From the NCBI RefSeq assembly GCF_044704955.1, contig NC_092003.1, forward strand, positions 4,092,001 through 4,156,000: a DNA stretch of 64,000 nucleotides. The letters are read 5' to 3'. The notes under the pieces are model-generated. The model had not been told where the DNA came from and did no database searches. It was given only the letters and a program-made list of their open reading frames with translations. Numbering within the stretch: the stretch's first letter is position 1; every line of letters starts with the position of its first letter. This stretch comes from Pristiophorus japonicus. Its lineage: Eukaryota. Positions 37,736-49,059 of the stretch are shown piece after piece. A program made the translations under genes and the position numbers.

Positions 37736-39771
37736 CGGATATTAAAAGCTTTTACCGATATATAAAACGGAAAAGAGTGACTAAAGTAAATGTTGGTCCC
37801 TTAGAAGATGAGAAGGGGGATTTAATAATGGGAAATGTGGAAATGGCTGCGACCTTAAACAATTATTTTGCTTCGGTCTTCACAGTGGAAGACACAAAAA
37901 CCATGCCAAAAATTGCTGGTCACAGGAATGTGGGAAGGGAGGACCTTGAGACAATCACTATCTCTCGTGGGGTAGTGCTGGACAGACTAATGGGACTGAA
38001 GGTAGACAAGTCCCCTGGTCCTGATGAAATGCATCCCAGGGTATTAAAAGAGATGGCGGAAGTTATAGCAGATGCATTCGTTATAATCTACCAAAATTCT
38101 CTGGACTCTGGGGAGGTACCAACGGATTGGAAGCTGCTCATGTAACGCCTCTGTTTAAAAAAGGGGGCAGACAAAAGGCAGGTAACTATAGTCCGGTTAG
38201 TTTAACATCTGTAGTGGGGAAAATGCTTGAAGCTATCATTAAGGAAGAAATATTGGGACATCTAGATAGGAATAGTGCAATCAAGCAGACTCAACATGGA
38301 TTCATGAAAGGGAAATCATGTTTAACTAATTTACTAGAATTCTTTGAGGATATAACGAGCATGGTGGATAGAGGTGTACCGATGGATGTGATGTATTTAG
38401 ATTTCCAAAAGGCATTCGATAAGGTGCCACACAAAAGATTACTGCAGAAGATAGAGGTACGCGGAGTGAGAGGAAATGTATTAGCATGGATAGAGAATTA
38501 GCTGGCGAACAGAAAGCAGAGAGTCGGGATAAATGGGTCTTTTTTGGGTTGGAAATCGGTGGTTAGTGGTGTGCCACAGGGATCGGTGCTGGGACCACAA
38601 CTGTTTACAATATACATAGATGAACTGGAAGAGGGGACAGAGTGTAGTGTAACAAAATTTGCAGATGACACAAAGATTAGTGGGAAAGCGGGTTGTGTAG
38701 AGGACACAGAGAGGCTGCAAAGAGATTTAGATAGGTTAAACGAATGGGCTAAGGTTTGGCAGATGGAATACAATGTTGGAAAATGTGAGGTCATCCACCT
38801 TGGAAAAAAAACAGTAAAAGGGAATATTATTTGAATGGGGAGAAATTACAACATGCTGCGTTGCAGAGGGACCTGGGGGTCCTTGTGCATGAAACTCTGT
38901 TAGGAGTAAACAAAAAACATTAAACCGTTACCCCCAATCTGGGGGAAACACCAACATTTAGAAGGCCCTTTTTTATATTTTTTTTGTGGGTTTTTTTGGG
39001 GCACAGAATCAAATTTTTCTCCAAGTGCCCCCTATAAAAGGGGAGGGGGACACTAAAAGCACCGGCAATTAAAACAAATTAACTTAAAAACATAAAATCA
39101 AATAAGTTAGTTTGCAGGTGCAGCAGGTAATCAGGAAGGCGAATGGAATGGAGTACAAAAGCAGGGAGGTCCTGCTGCAACTGTATAAGGCAGTGGTGAG
39201 GCCGCACCTGGAGCACTGCGTGCAGTTTTGGTCACCTTACTTAAGGAAGGATATACTGGCTTTGGACGGGGTACAGAGACGATTCACCAGGCTGATTCCG
39301 GAGATGAGGGGGTTACCTTATGATGATAGATTGAGTAGACTGGGTCTTTACTCGTTGGAGTTCAGAAGGATGAGGGGGGATCTTATAGAAACATTTAAAA
39401 TAATGAAAGGGACAGACAAGATAGAGGCAGAGAGGTTGTTTCCACTGGTTGGGTAGACTAGAACTCGGGGGCACAGCCTCAAAATACGGGGGAGCCAATT
39501 TAAAACCAAGTTGAGAAGGAATTTCTTCTCCCAGAGGGTTGTGAATCTGTGGAATTCTCTGCCCAAGGAATCAGTTGAGGCTGGCTCATTGAATGTATTC
39601 AAATTACAGATGGATAGATTTTTAACCAATAAGGGAATTAAGGGTTATGGGGAGCGGGCGGGTAAGTGGAGCTGAGTCCACGGCCAAATCAGCCATGATC
39701 TTGTTGAATGGCGGAGCAGGCACGAGGGGCTAGATGGCCTACTCCTGTTCCTAATTCTTATGTTCTTATGT
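37736..39771 (+). mobile_element. CR1 LINE, 5'-truncated, inserted in the last minisatellite unit
   Basis: ORF2 fragments 37740-39456 with stops and frameshifts; tail cttatgttcttatgtt followed by the array remnant ctccactctctc. Confidence 0.94.
38898..39105. mobile_element. ~210-bp non-CR1 insertion within a CR1
   Basis: Interrupts CR1 between gtgcatgaaactc and gttagtttgcaggtg; gttag occurs at both ends; contains G/C hairpins and A/T runs. Confidence 0.6.
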
Positions 39772-39785
39772 TCTCCACTCTCTCT

Positions 39786-40292
39786 TATAACCTTATCCCC
39801 TTATCGTTTAAGAAACTGTCTATTTCTGTCTTAAATTTATTCAATGACCCAGCTTCCACAGCTCTCTGAGACAGCGAATTCCACAGATTTACAACCCTCT
39901 GAGAGAAGAAATTTCTCCTCATCTCAGTTTTAAATGGGCGGCCCCTTATTCTAAGATTATGCCCCCGAGTTCTAGCATCCCCCATCAGTGGAAACATCCT
40001 CTCTGCATCCACCTTGTCAAGCCCCCTTATAATCTTATACGTTTCGATAAAATCACCTCTCATTTTTCTGAATTCCAATGAGTAGAGGCCGAACCTACTC
40101 AACCTTTCCTCATAAGTCAACCCCCTCATCCCCGGAATCAACCGAGTGAACCTTCTCTGAACTGCCTCCAAAGCAAGTATATCCTTTTGTAAATATGGAA
40201 ACCAAAACTGCACGCAGTATTCCAGGTGTGGCCTCACCAATACCCTGTATAACTGGAGCAAGACTTCCCTGCTTTTATACTCCATCCCCATT
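39786..40292 (-). mobile_element. CR1 LINE fragment
   Basis: ORF MEYKSREVLLQLYRVLVRPHLEYCVQFW...VVNLWNSL. Confidence 0.93.
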
Positions 40293-40470
40293 GCCTTTGT
40301 CGATGATCAGCCATGATCTTATTGAATGGCGGAGCAGGCACGAGAGGTCAATGGCCGACTCCTGCTCCTAATTAGAAACATAGAAACATGGAAAATAGGT
40401 GCAGGAGCAGGCCATTCAGCCCTTCTAGCCTGCACCGCCATTCAATGAGTGCATGGCTGAACATGAAACT

Positions 40471-43449
40471 TCAGTACCCCGTTCCTGCTTTCACGCCATA
40501 CCCCTTGATCCCCCGAGTAGTAAGGACTTCATCTAACTCCCTTTTGAATATATTTAGTGAATTGGCCTCAACTACTTTCTGTGGTAGAGAATTCCACAGG
40601 TTCACCACTCTCTGGTTGAAGAAGTTTCTCCTTATCTCGGTCCTAAATGGCTTACCCCTTATCCTTAGACTGTGACCCCTGGTTCTGGACTTCCCCAACA
40701 TTGGGAACATTCTTCCTGCATCCAACCTGTCCAAACCCGTCAGAATTTTAAATGTTTCTATGAGGTCCCCTCTCACTCTTCTGAACTCCAGTGAATACAA
40801 GCCCAGTTGATCCAGTCTTTCTTGATAGGTCAGTCCCACCATCCCGGGAATCAGTCTGGTGAATCTTCGCTGCACTCCCTCAATAGCAAGAATGTCCTTC
40901 CTCAAGTTAGGAGACCAAAACTGTACACAATACTCCAGGTGTGGCCTCACCAAGGCCCTGTACAACTGTAGCAACACCTCCCTGCCCCTGTACTCAAATC
41001 CCCTCGCGATGAAGGAAAACATGCCATTTGCTTTCTTAACCGCCTGCTGTACCTGCATGCCAACCTTCAATGACTGATGTACCATGACACCCAGGTCTCG
41101 TTGTACCTCCCCTTTTCCTAATCTGTCACCATTCAGATAATAGTCTGTCTCTCTGTTTTTACCACCAAAGTGGATAACCTCACATTTATCCACATTATAC
41201 TTCATCTGCCATGCATTTGCCCACTCACCTAACCTATCCAAGTCACTCTGCAGCCTCATAGCATCCTCCTCGCAGCTCACACTGCCACCCAACTTAGTGT
41301 CATCCGCAAATTTGGAGATACTACATTTAATCCCCTCGTCTAAATCATTAATGTACAATGTAAACAACTGGGGCCCCATCACAGAACGGTACCCCACTAG
41401 TCACTGCCTGCCATTCCGAAAAGTACCCATTTACTCCTACTCTTTGCTTCCTGTCTGACAACCAGTTCTCAATCCACGTCAGCACACTACCCCCAATCCC
41501 ATGTGCTTTAACTTTGCACATTAATCTCCTGTGTGGGACCTTGTCGAAAGCCTTCTGAAAGTCCAAATATACCACATCAACTGGTACTCCTTTGTCCACT
41601 TTATTGGAAACATCCTCAAAAAATTCCAGAAGATTTGTCAAGCATGATCTCCCTTTCACAAATCCATGCTGACTTGGACCTATCATGTCACCATTTTCCA
41701 AATGCGCTGCTATGACATCCTTAATAATTGATTCCATCATTTTACCCACTACTGAGGTCAGGCTGACTGGTCTATAATTCCCTGCTTTCTCTCTTCCTCC
41801 TTTTTTAAAAAGTGGGGTTACATTGGCTACCCTCCACTCGATAGGAACTGATCCAGAGTCAATGGAAAATGTTGGAAAATGACTGTCAATGCATCCGCTA
41901 TTTCCAAGGCCACCTCCTTCAGTACTCTGAGATGCAGTCCATCAGGCCCTGGGGATTTATCGGCCTTCAATCCCATCAATTTCCCCAACACAATTTCCCG
42001 ACTAATAAAGATTTCCCTCAGTTCCTCCTCCTTACTAGACCCTCTGACCACTTTTATATCCGGAAGGTTGTTTGTGTCCTCCTTAGTGAATACTGAACCA
42101 AAGTACTTGTTCAATTGATCTGCCATTTCTTTGTTCCCCGTTATGACTTCCCCTGATTCTGACTGCAGGGGACCTACGTTTGTCTTTACTAACCTTTTTC
42201 TCTTTACATACCTATTGAAATTTTTGCAATCCACCTTAATGTTCCCTGCAAGCTTCTTCTCGTACTCCATTTTCCCTGCCCTAATCAAACCCTTTGTCCT
42301 CTTCTGCTGAGTTCTAAATTTCTCCCAGTCCCCAGGTTCGCTGCTATTTCTGGCCAATTTGTATGCCATTTCCTTGGCTTTAATACTATCCCTGATTTCC
42401 CTAGATAGCCACGGTTGAGCCACCTTCCCTTTTTTATTTTTACGCCAGACAGGAATGTACAATTGTTGTAATTCATCCATGCGGTCTCTAAATGTCTGCC
42501 ATTGCCCATCCACAGTCAACCCCTTAAGTATCATTAGCCAATCTATCTTAGCCAATTCATGCCTCATACCTTCAAAGTTACCCTTCTTCAAGTTCTGGAC
42601 CATGGTCTCTGAATTAACTGTTTCATTCTCCATCCTAATGCAGAATTCCACCATATTATGGTCACTCTTCCCCAAGGGGCCTCGCACAATGAGATTGCTA
42701 ATTAATCCTCTCTCATTACACAACACCCAGTCTAAGATGGCCTCCCCCCTAGTTGGTTCCTCGACATATTGGTCTAGAAAACTATCCCTTATGCACTCCA
42801 GGAAATCCTCCTCCACCGTATTGTTTCCAGTTTGGCTAGCCCAATCTTTGTGCATATTAAAGTCACCCATTATAACTGCTGCACCTTTATTGCATGCACT
42901 CCTAATTTCCTGTTTGATGCCCTCCCCAACATCACTACTACTGTTTGGAGGTCTGTACACAACTCCCACTAACGATTTTTGCCCTTTAGTGTTCTGCAGC
43001 TCTACCCATATAGATTCCACATCATCCAAGCTAATGTCTTTCCTAACTATTGCATTAATCTCCTCTTTAACCAGCAATGCTACCCCACCTCCTTTTCCTT
43101 TTATTCTATCCTTCCTGAATGTTGAATACCCCTGGATGTTGAATTCCCAGCCCTGATCATCCTGGAGCCACGTCTCCGTAATCCCAATCACATCATATTT
43201 GTTAACATCTATTTGCACAGTTAATTCATCCACCTTATTGCGGATACTCCTTGCATTAAGACACAAAGCCTTCAGGCTTGCTTTTTTAACACCCTTTGTC
43301 CTTCTAGAATTTTGCTGTACAGTGGCCCTTTTTGTTCTTTGCCTTGGGTTTCTCTGCCCTCCACTTTTCCTCATCTCCTTTCTGTCTTTTGCTTTTGCCT
43401 CATTTTTGTCTCCCTCTGTCTCCCTGCATAGGTTCCCATCCCCCTGCAA
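40471..43449 (-). pseudogene. CR1 ORF2 (APE endonuclease plus reverse transcriptase), two frameshifts
   Basis: LNARSIRNK, GITETW, GDFN, SDHN endonuclease motifs; RT FQKAFDKV and FADD; frame breaks near 41865 and 41385. Confidence 0.93.
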
Positions 43450-43451
43450 TA

Positions 43452-44388
43452 TTAGTTTAACTCCTCCCCAACAGCACTAGCAAACACTCCCCCTAGGACA
43501 TTGGTTCCGGTCCTGCCCAGGTGCAGACCGTCCGGTTTGTACTGGTCCCACCTCCCCCAGAACCGGTTCCAATGCCCCAAGAATTTGAATCCCTCCCTGC
43601 TGCACCACTGCTCAAGCCATGTATTCATCTGCGCTATCCTGCGATTCCTACTCTGACTAGCACGTGGCACTGGTAGTAATCCCGAGATTACTACTTTTGA
43701 GGTCATACTTTTTAATTTAGCTCCTAGCTCCTTAAATTCTTTTCGTAGGACCTCATCCCTTTTTTTACCTATGTCGTTGGTACCAATGTGCACCACGACA
43801 ACTGGCTGTTCTCCCTCCCATTTCAGAATGTCCTGCACCCGCTCCGAGACATCCTTGACCCTTGCACCAGGGAGGCAACATACCATCCTGGAGTCTCGGT
43901 TGCGTCCGCAGAAACGCCTATCTATTCCCCTCACCATCGAATCCCCTATCACTATTGCGCTCCCAATCTTTTTCCTGCCCTCCTTTGCAGCAGAGCCACC
44001 TACGGTGCCATGAACTTGGCTGCTGCTGCCCTCCCCTGATGAGTCATCCTCCCCAACAGTACTCAAAGCAGTGTATCTGTTTTGCAGGGGGATGACCACA
44101 GGGGACCCCTGCACTATCTTTCTTGCTGCTGGTCTTCCATTCCCTATCTGGCTGTGGACCCTTCTCCTGCGGTAAGACCAACTCACTACACGTGATACTC
44201 ACGTCATTCTCAGCATCGTGGATGCTCCAGAGTGAATCCACCCTCAGCTCCAATTCCGCAACGCGGACCGTCAAGAGCTCGAGGCGGATACACTTCTCAC
44301 ACACGTAGTCCTCAGGGACACCGGAAGTGTCCCCGAGTTCCCACATGGTACAGGAGGAGCATATCACGTGGCCGAGCTCTCCTGCCAT
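43452..44388 (-). pseudogene. CR1 ORF1 (zinc finger/leucine zipper plus SGNH-esterase-like domain), one frameshift
   Basis: CSSC...CEKC and a Leu-rich helix, then IVIGDS, CCLPGA, HIGTND, DGLH blocks; frame changes near 44125. Confidence 0.92.
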
Positions 44389-44574
44389 GTCTTAACCTTA
44401 GATACCCTTAAATTGGTAATAACAATGTTACAGTTCACTTACTGATATAAAAAAGAAAAGAAAAGCTACTCACCAATCACCAGCCAATCACTTACCCCAT
44501 TGGCTGTGACGTCACTTTTTGATTACTTTCTACTTCTATTTTGCTTTCTCTCCCGCTGTAGCTGCACCGGTCGC

Positions 44575-45030
44575 CTTTTATAGGCTGCTCCGACACTGCT
44601 CCCGCCTCTCACCCACTGCCGCTGGCTCTCGATCTCCCGCTGGGCCTTTGATAGGTCGCTCCCGCGTCTCACCAACTGCCGCTGGCTCTCGATCTCCCGC
44701 TGGGCCTTTGATAGGTCGCTCCCGCCTCTCACCCACTGCCGCTGGCTCTCGATCTCCCGCTGGGCCTTTTATAGGCTGCTCCGACACTGCTCCCGCCTCT
44801 CACCCACTGCCGCTGGCTCTCGATCTCCCGCTGGGCTTTTGATAGGTCGCTCCCGCCTCTCACCCACTGCCGCTGGCTCTCGATCTCCCGCTGGGCCTTT
44901 GATAGGTCGCTCCCGCCTCTCACCCACTGCCGCTGGCTCTCGATTTCCCGCTGGGCCTTTGATAGGTCGCTCCCGCGTCTCACCAACTGCCGCTGGCTCT
45001 CGATCTCCCGCTGGGCTTTTGATAGGTCGC
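44575..45030 (-). repeat. Seven tandem 60/71-bp monomers at the CR1 5' end
   Basis: Plus-strand unit ctcccgcctctcacccactgccgctggctctcgatctcccgctgggcctttgataggtcg; variants carry CCTATAAAAGG on the element strand. Confidence 0.9.
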
Positions 45031-45267
45031 TCCTTATGTTCTTATGGATAAAAACTTAAAGGGAGAAAATTTGTGAGCGAGCGGGGGAGTGGGACGAATT
45101 GGATAACTGTACCAAAGAGCTGGCACAGGCACGATGGGTCGGATGGCCACCTTCTGTGCGCTGAGATTCTACAAGCTCTCTTAAACACGCAGTTACTGTT
45201 TGGTGATATTTGGTGCCTGTGGGAAGGAACCCAGTGAAATACAGCAGAGAACCAACGGGAGGGAGGG

Positions 45268-45289
45268 GAACTACAAGTCCCAGGGGCCC
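45268..45289 (+). promoter_or_regulatory. ZNF143/THAP11-type ACTACAnnTCCCA promoter motif
   Basis: GAACTACAAGTCCCAGGGGCCC about 650 bp upstream of the MACROD1 ATG. Confidence 0.7.
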
Positions 45290-45304
45290 GTGCGCTGGGT
45301 ATTG

Positions 45305-45850
45305 TCCTCGTCTAAGCTGATTGGCCCCCATTTCCTCGTCTAATTTTGATTGGCCCCCATTTCCTCGTCTAATTTTGATTGGTCCCCCTACCCCCTCGTC
45401 TAATCTGATTGGCCCCATTTCCTCGTCTAAGCTGATTGGTCTCCCTATCCCCATCTCTCAGCTCTGATTGACCCTCTAATCTGATTGGTCTGCCTATCGC
45501 CTCCTCTAATCTGATTGGTCCCTTCCCTGTCACCTCCTCGAATTTCTGATTGAACCTCCCTTTATTGTCTTGATTGGTCCTGCAAACCCCCCCCTTTTCT
45601 AATTTGATTGGGCCGCCCAATGGCTTCTTCTAATCTGATTGGTCTTGCTGTCAACTCGTCTGATCTCTGATTGGGCCGCCTATAATTTCTGATTTGAGTC
45701 TCCCTTTGATTGGTTTTGCAGCAAACCCCCCCCCACCTTCTCTAAATTGATTGGGCCGCCCCTCTCGCCTCCTTTAATCTGATTCGTCCTCTATTCCCCG
45801 TCCCTAAATTGATTGGGCCGCCCTATGTCCCCTGCTCTAATTGGTTCCCC
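45305..45850 (+). promoter_or_regulatory. MACROD1 promoter: tandem array of CCAAT (NF-Y) boxes
   Basis: 15 ATTGG (45320, 45349, 45378, 45408, 45435, 45484, 45514, 45573, 45607, 45638, 45670, 45709, 45750, 45812, 45840) plus one forward CCAAT (45617), directly upstream of a CpG island. Confidence 0.75.
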
Positions 45851-45941
45851 CTCACCCCTCGTCTCCTCTCCGCCGCCCTCGCAGCTGAAATATAAAATAT
45901 ATCACCATTGCAAGACTCGACGACGGAAACCATCGACCAAA

Positions 45942-46239
45942 ATGTGGTTCCGAATCGAGCGGGCGGCGGCGAAGGCGAAGCTGGTGTGTCGCGGCGGGCG
46001 GCAGTTGGCCGTTTCGAACGCCGGCGCATCCCAACCGCCGCCGCCGCTGCACGCGCGCCCATCACGTGCCCCTCCCGCCGCGCGACCGCGGCTGTCCGCC
46101 GGCTTCCCGCCTCCTGCACCTGTCGCCGCTCGTCACTCGCTGCCGGCCAGCGCAGCGGTCGGTCGCCTCCTCTCCATGTCCGCCGCCGCCATGAGCGGCT
46201 GCCAGCTGGGCTCCGCCGCCGACTGGAGAGTGGCTAAAA
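45942..46239 (+). CDS. MACROD1: MACROD1 (ADP-ribose glycohydrolase) coding exon 1
   Basis: 298 nt in a CpG island ending AAA A|gtaagt; Arg/Ala-rich, acid-poor N-terminus resembling a mitochondrial presequence; ends AMSGCQLGSAADWRVAK versus recalled human AMAAKVDLSTSTDWKEAK; divergent neighbour of STIP1 as in human. Confidence 0.82.
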
Positions 46240-46324
46240 GTAAGTATTGCTGCCTCCCCATGGGTGTCCAGAAATAGCCCACCACACACATACAAAAAAA
46301 AAAGCAAGCTATTGTTTTTTCACA

Positions 46325-47220
46325 TGTAGCCAAAAATACGTTTTTAATTCACCCACACACAAAAAGTGGCCAAAAGTAAGTATTTATTTTCCCCACACAC
46401 ACAAAAAGTGGCCAAAAGTAGATATTTATTTTCCCATACACACAAAAAGTGGCCAAACACACAAAAATGGTCAAAAGTAACTCTTTATTTCCCTCCCCCA
46501 CACACAAAAAGTGACCAAGCACACACACACACACACTTGGTCAAAAGTAAATATTTAATTCCCCATTCACACAAAAAGTGGCCAAAAATATATATTTTTA
46601 TTAACCCCACACAAAAAAAATGACAAAAGTATGTATTTATTTCCCCATACACACAAAAAGTGGCCAAAATTACATATTTTTATTAACCCCTCACAAAAAA
46701 ATGACCACAAGTAAGTATTTATTTCACCCCACGTGCAAAGAGTGGCCAAAAATACGTTATTTTTATTAACCCACACACACAAAAATGGGCAAAAGTATTT
46801 ATTTTTCCCCCACACACATACAAAGTGGCCAAACACACACAGAAAATGGTCAAAAGTAAGTATTTCTTTCCCCATTCACACAAAAAGTGGCCAAAAATAT
46901 ATATTTTTACTAACCCCACACAAAAAAATGGTCAAAAGTATTTATTCCCCCCCCCCCCCCCCACATGCAGACTAAGTGGCCAAAATAAGTTATTTTTTAA
47001 CCCGCACAAAAAAATGGCCACAAGTAAGTATTTATTTCACCCCCACACGCAAAAAGTGGCCAAAAATATGTTTTTTTTTATTAACCCACACACAAAAATA
47101 GCCCAAAGTATTTATTTCTCCCCCCCCCGCCCCCCCCCCCCACACACACACACACACACACACACAAAGTGGCCAAACACAAAAAAAAGTCAAAAGTATT
47201 TCTTTCTCCTTCCCCACACA
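46325..47220 (+). repeat. Degenerate ~40-45-bp tandem repeat at the start of MACROD1 intron 1
   Basis: About 20 variants of cacacaaaaagtggccaaaagta(ag)tattt...cccc. Confidence 0.85.
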
Positions 47221-47227
47221 CAAGAAA

Positions 47228-47625
47228 GATTTGCAATTGTACAACCACCTCAGGATGTCCCAAAGCGCTTCACGGCCAATGAAGTACGTTTTTTTTTCCG
47301 TGAACATAAGAGTCGTCAATTTGCGCACAGCAAGCTCCCACAAACAGCAACATCGTCTGTAGTGATGTTGGTTGAGGGACAAAAATTGGGCTCCCTCAGT
47401 ACCGCCCCTCCGACAGTGCGGCGCTCCCTCAGTACTGCCCCTCCGACAGTGCGGCGCTCCCTCAGTTCCGCCCCTCCGACGGTGCGGCGCTCCCTCAGTA
47501 CTGCCCCTCCGACAGTGCGGCGCTCCCTCAGTTCCGCCCCTCCGACGGTGCGGCGCTCCCTCAGTACTGCCCCTCCGACAGTGCGGCGCTCCCTCAGTAC
47601 CGCCCCTCCGACAGTGCTGCGCTGA
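47228..47625 (-). mobile_element. Deu-domain SINE with ~7 internal 33-bp repeats
   Basis: Tail gtcccaaagcgcttcacggccaatgaagtac...ttgcgcacagcaagctcccacaaacagcaa; tandem cagtactgcccctccgacagtgcggcgctccct at 47390-47620. Confidence 0.85.
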
Positions 47626-47979
47626 CACTTTCACACAAGCACCATCCTTCCCCAACGCAAAGCGGGGGAAATAAATCTTCCTTTTAATGTTTATAAACAT
47701 ATATTTGCACTGGGGGGAATCCAAGAATATTTCAAATGCATTATGCAAAAGGACCAATAATACACACGGTCTGCCTTAAGAAAATCACTGAGTACCTTAC
47801 GAAAAGTAATGAGTGCCTCCCAACTTTCAAATTTATTTTTCAGTTATTATAAAATAACCTTTTTGAATACGTAGTCAGTCTTTTTTAATATGTAGGGATT
47901 AAGAATAAAAAAAATGCATCTAGCATTCCAATATATTAAGTATTCCTCACAACAAATATTACTTGCCCATGTCACACTA

Positions 47980-48390
47980 ACTTGCATTTATCTAGCACCT
48001 TTAATCTAGTAAAATGTCCCAAGGCGATTGACAGGAGCATTCAAATCACAGAAATCTTACAGCACAGAAGGAGGCCATTCGGCCCATCGTGCCTGTGCCG
48101 GCTCTTAGAAAGGTCTGTCTAATTGAGTCGTGCACCCCAGCTTTTTCTCCCATAGCCCTGCCAATTAGCCCACTTCAAGTACAGGTACATGTCTAATTAT
48201 CTTTTGGACATCAAAATTTGATGCCAAGTCACATAAAAGAAATACCTGGACAGTTGACCAGAGGTAGGTTTTAAGGAGCGTCTTAAAGGAGGAAAGAGAG
48301 GTTTAGGGAAGGAATTTCAGAGTTTCGGGCTTAGACGGCTGAAGGCAGTGGTTAAGTAATGGAAATCAGGGATGCACAAGGGGCAAGAGG
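47980..48390 (-). mobile_element. L2 3' fragment with a CR1 tail piece (~48045-48210) inside
   Basis: Reverse complement matches the L2 end at 10.6-10.9 kb; inner piece has gaggccattcggccc of CR1 tails. Confidence 0.7.
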
Positions 48391-49059
48391 TCATGATTAT
48401 TGGACACCATTCTCGATCAACATTTAAGTTTTGCTGTTTAAATTATCGCCATCTGGTTACAGGCTGAAGCCAATCGATAGTTCTGGAGAACAAATCTCTG
48501 AAGTCTCCCATTGTTTTCTTGCATATTTAAAAAAAAACTTGTATTCAGCAATTAACTGTGGGCAACATCATGGACTATTTGCTAGTTTACTGCAAAATAT
48601 CAAAACCTGACTTGAACTCATATACCCTAAATTCAACAATAGGCTTGAAATAAATGTGCACACCGAACCCTTCACCTTCAACCTGTTAACCTCCTTCCTT
48701 CCTATTTGTTTCCCTCAGAGACTTTTTTAAGCTTATGGGTCACAATACAATCTACAACAGAACACTCCCACCCCCTGCCCCCTCACATCGCCATACACAA
48801 GGTATCTGCGTTGAAAAATAAATTATACATTTCATCTCAATAAAGCTTGATGAATTGGTTATCTTGTTCTCTAAAATTATTGGAAGAAAAGTTACTGAAT
48901 AGATAGTGCTTGAAGCCAAAGGAAAATATTCCACGAGTGCAATTGTCGGGTACTGCTGCGTTCTAGGAAGTTAGGCACACTGCACCTGCTCAGACGAAAA
49001 TATCCAAATCATTACAAGATCCACAGCACTGGGTGAATCGTATGAAGTTTTGGATTGCA

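Larger units (their letters stand above)
40374..45030 (-). mobile_element. Full-length CR1 LINE (5' monomers, 5' UTR, ORF1, ORF2, 3' tail), frameshifted
   Basis: ORF1 44388-43452, ORF2 ~43449-40471 with APE and RT domains, (gtttctat)n-type tail at 40374; sits inside an older plus-strand CR1 tail (40303-40370 resuming at 45031). Confidence 0.96.
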
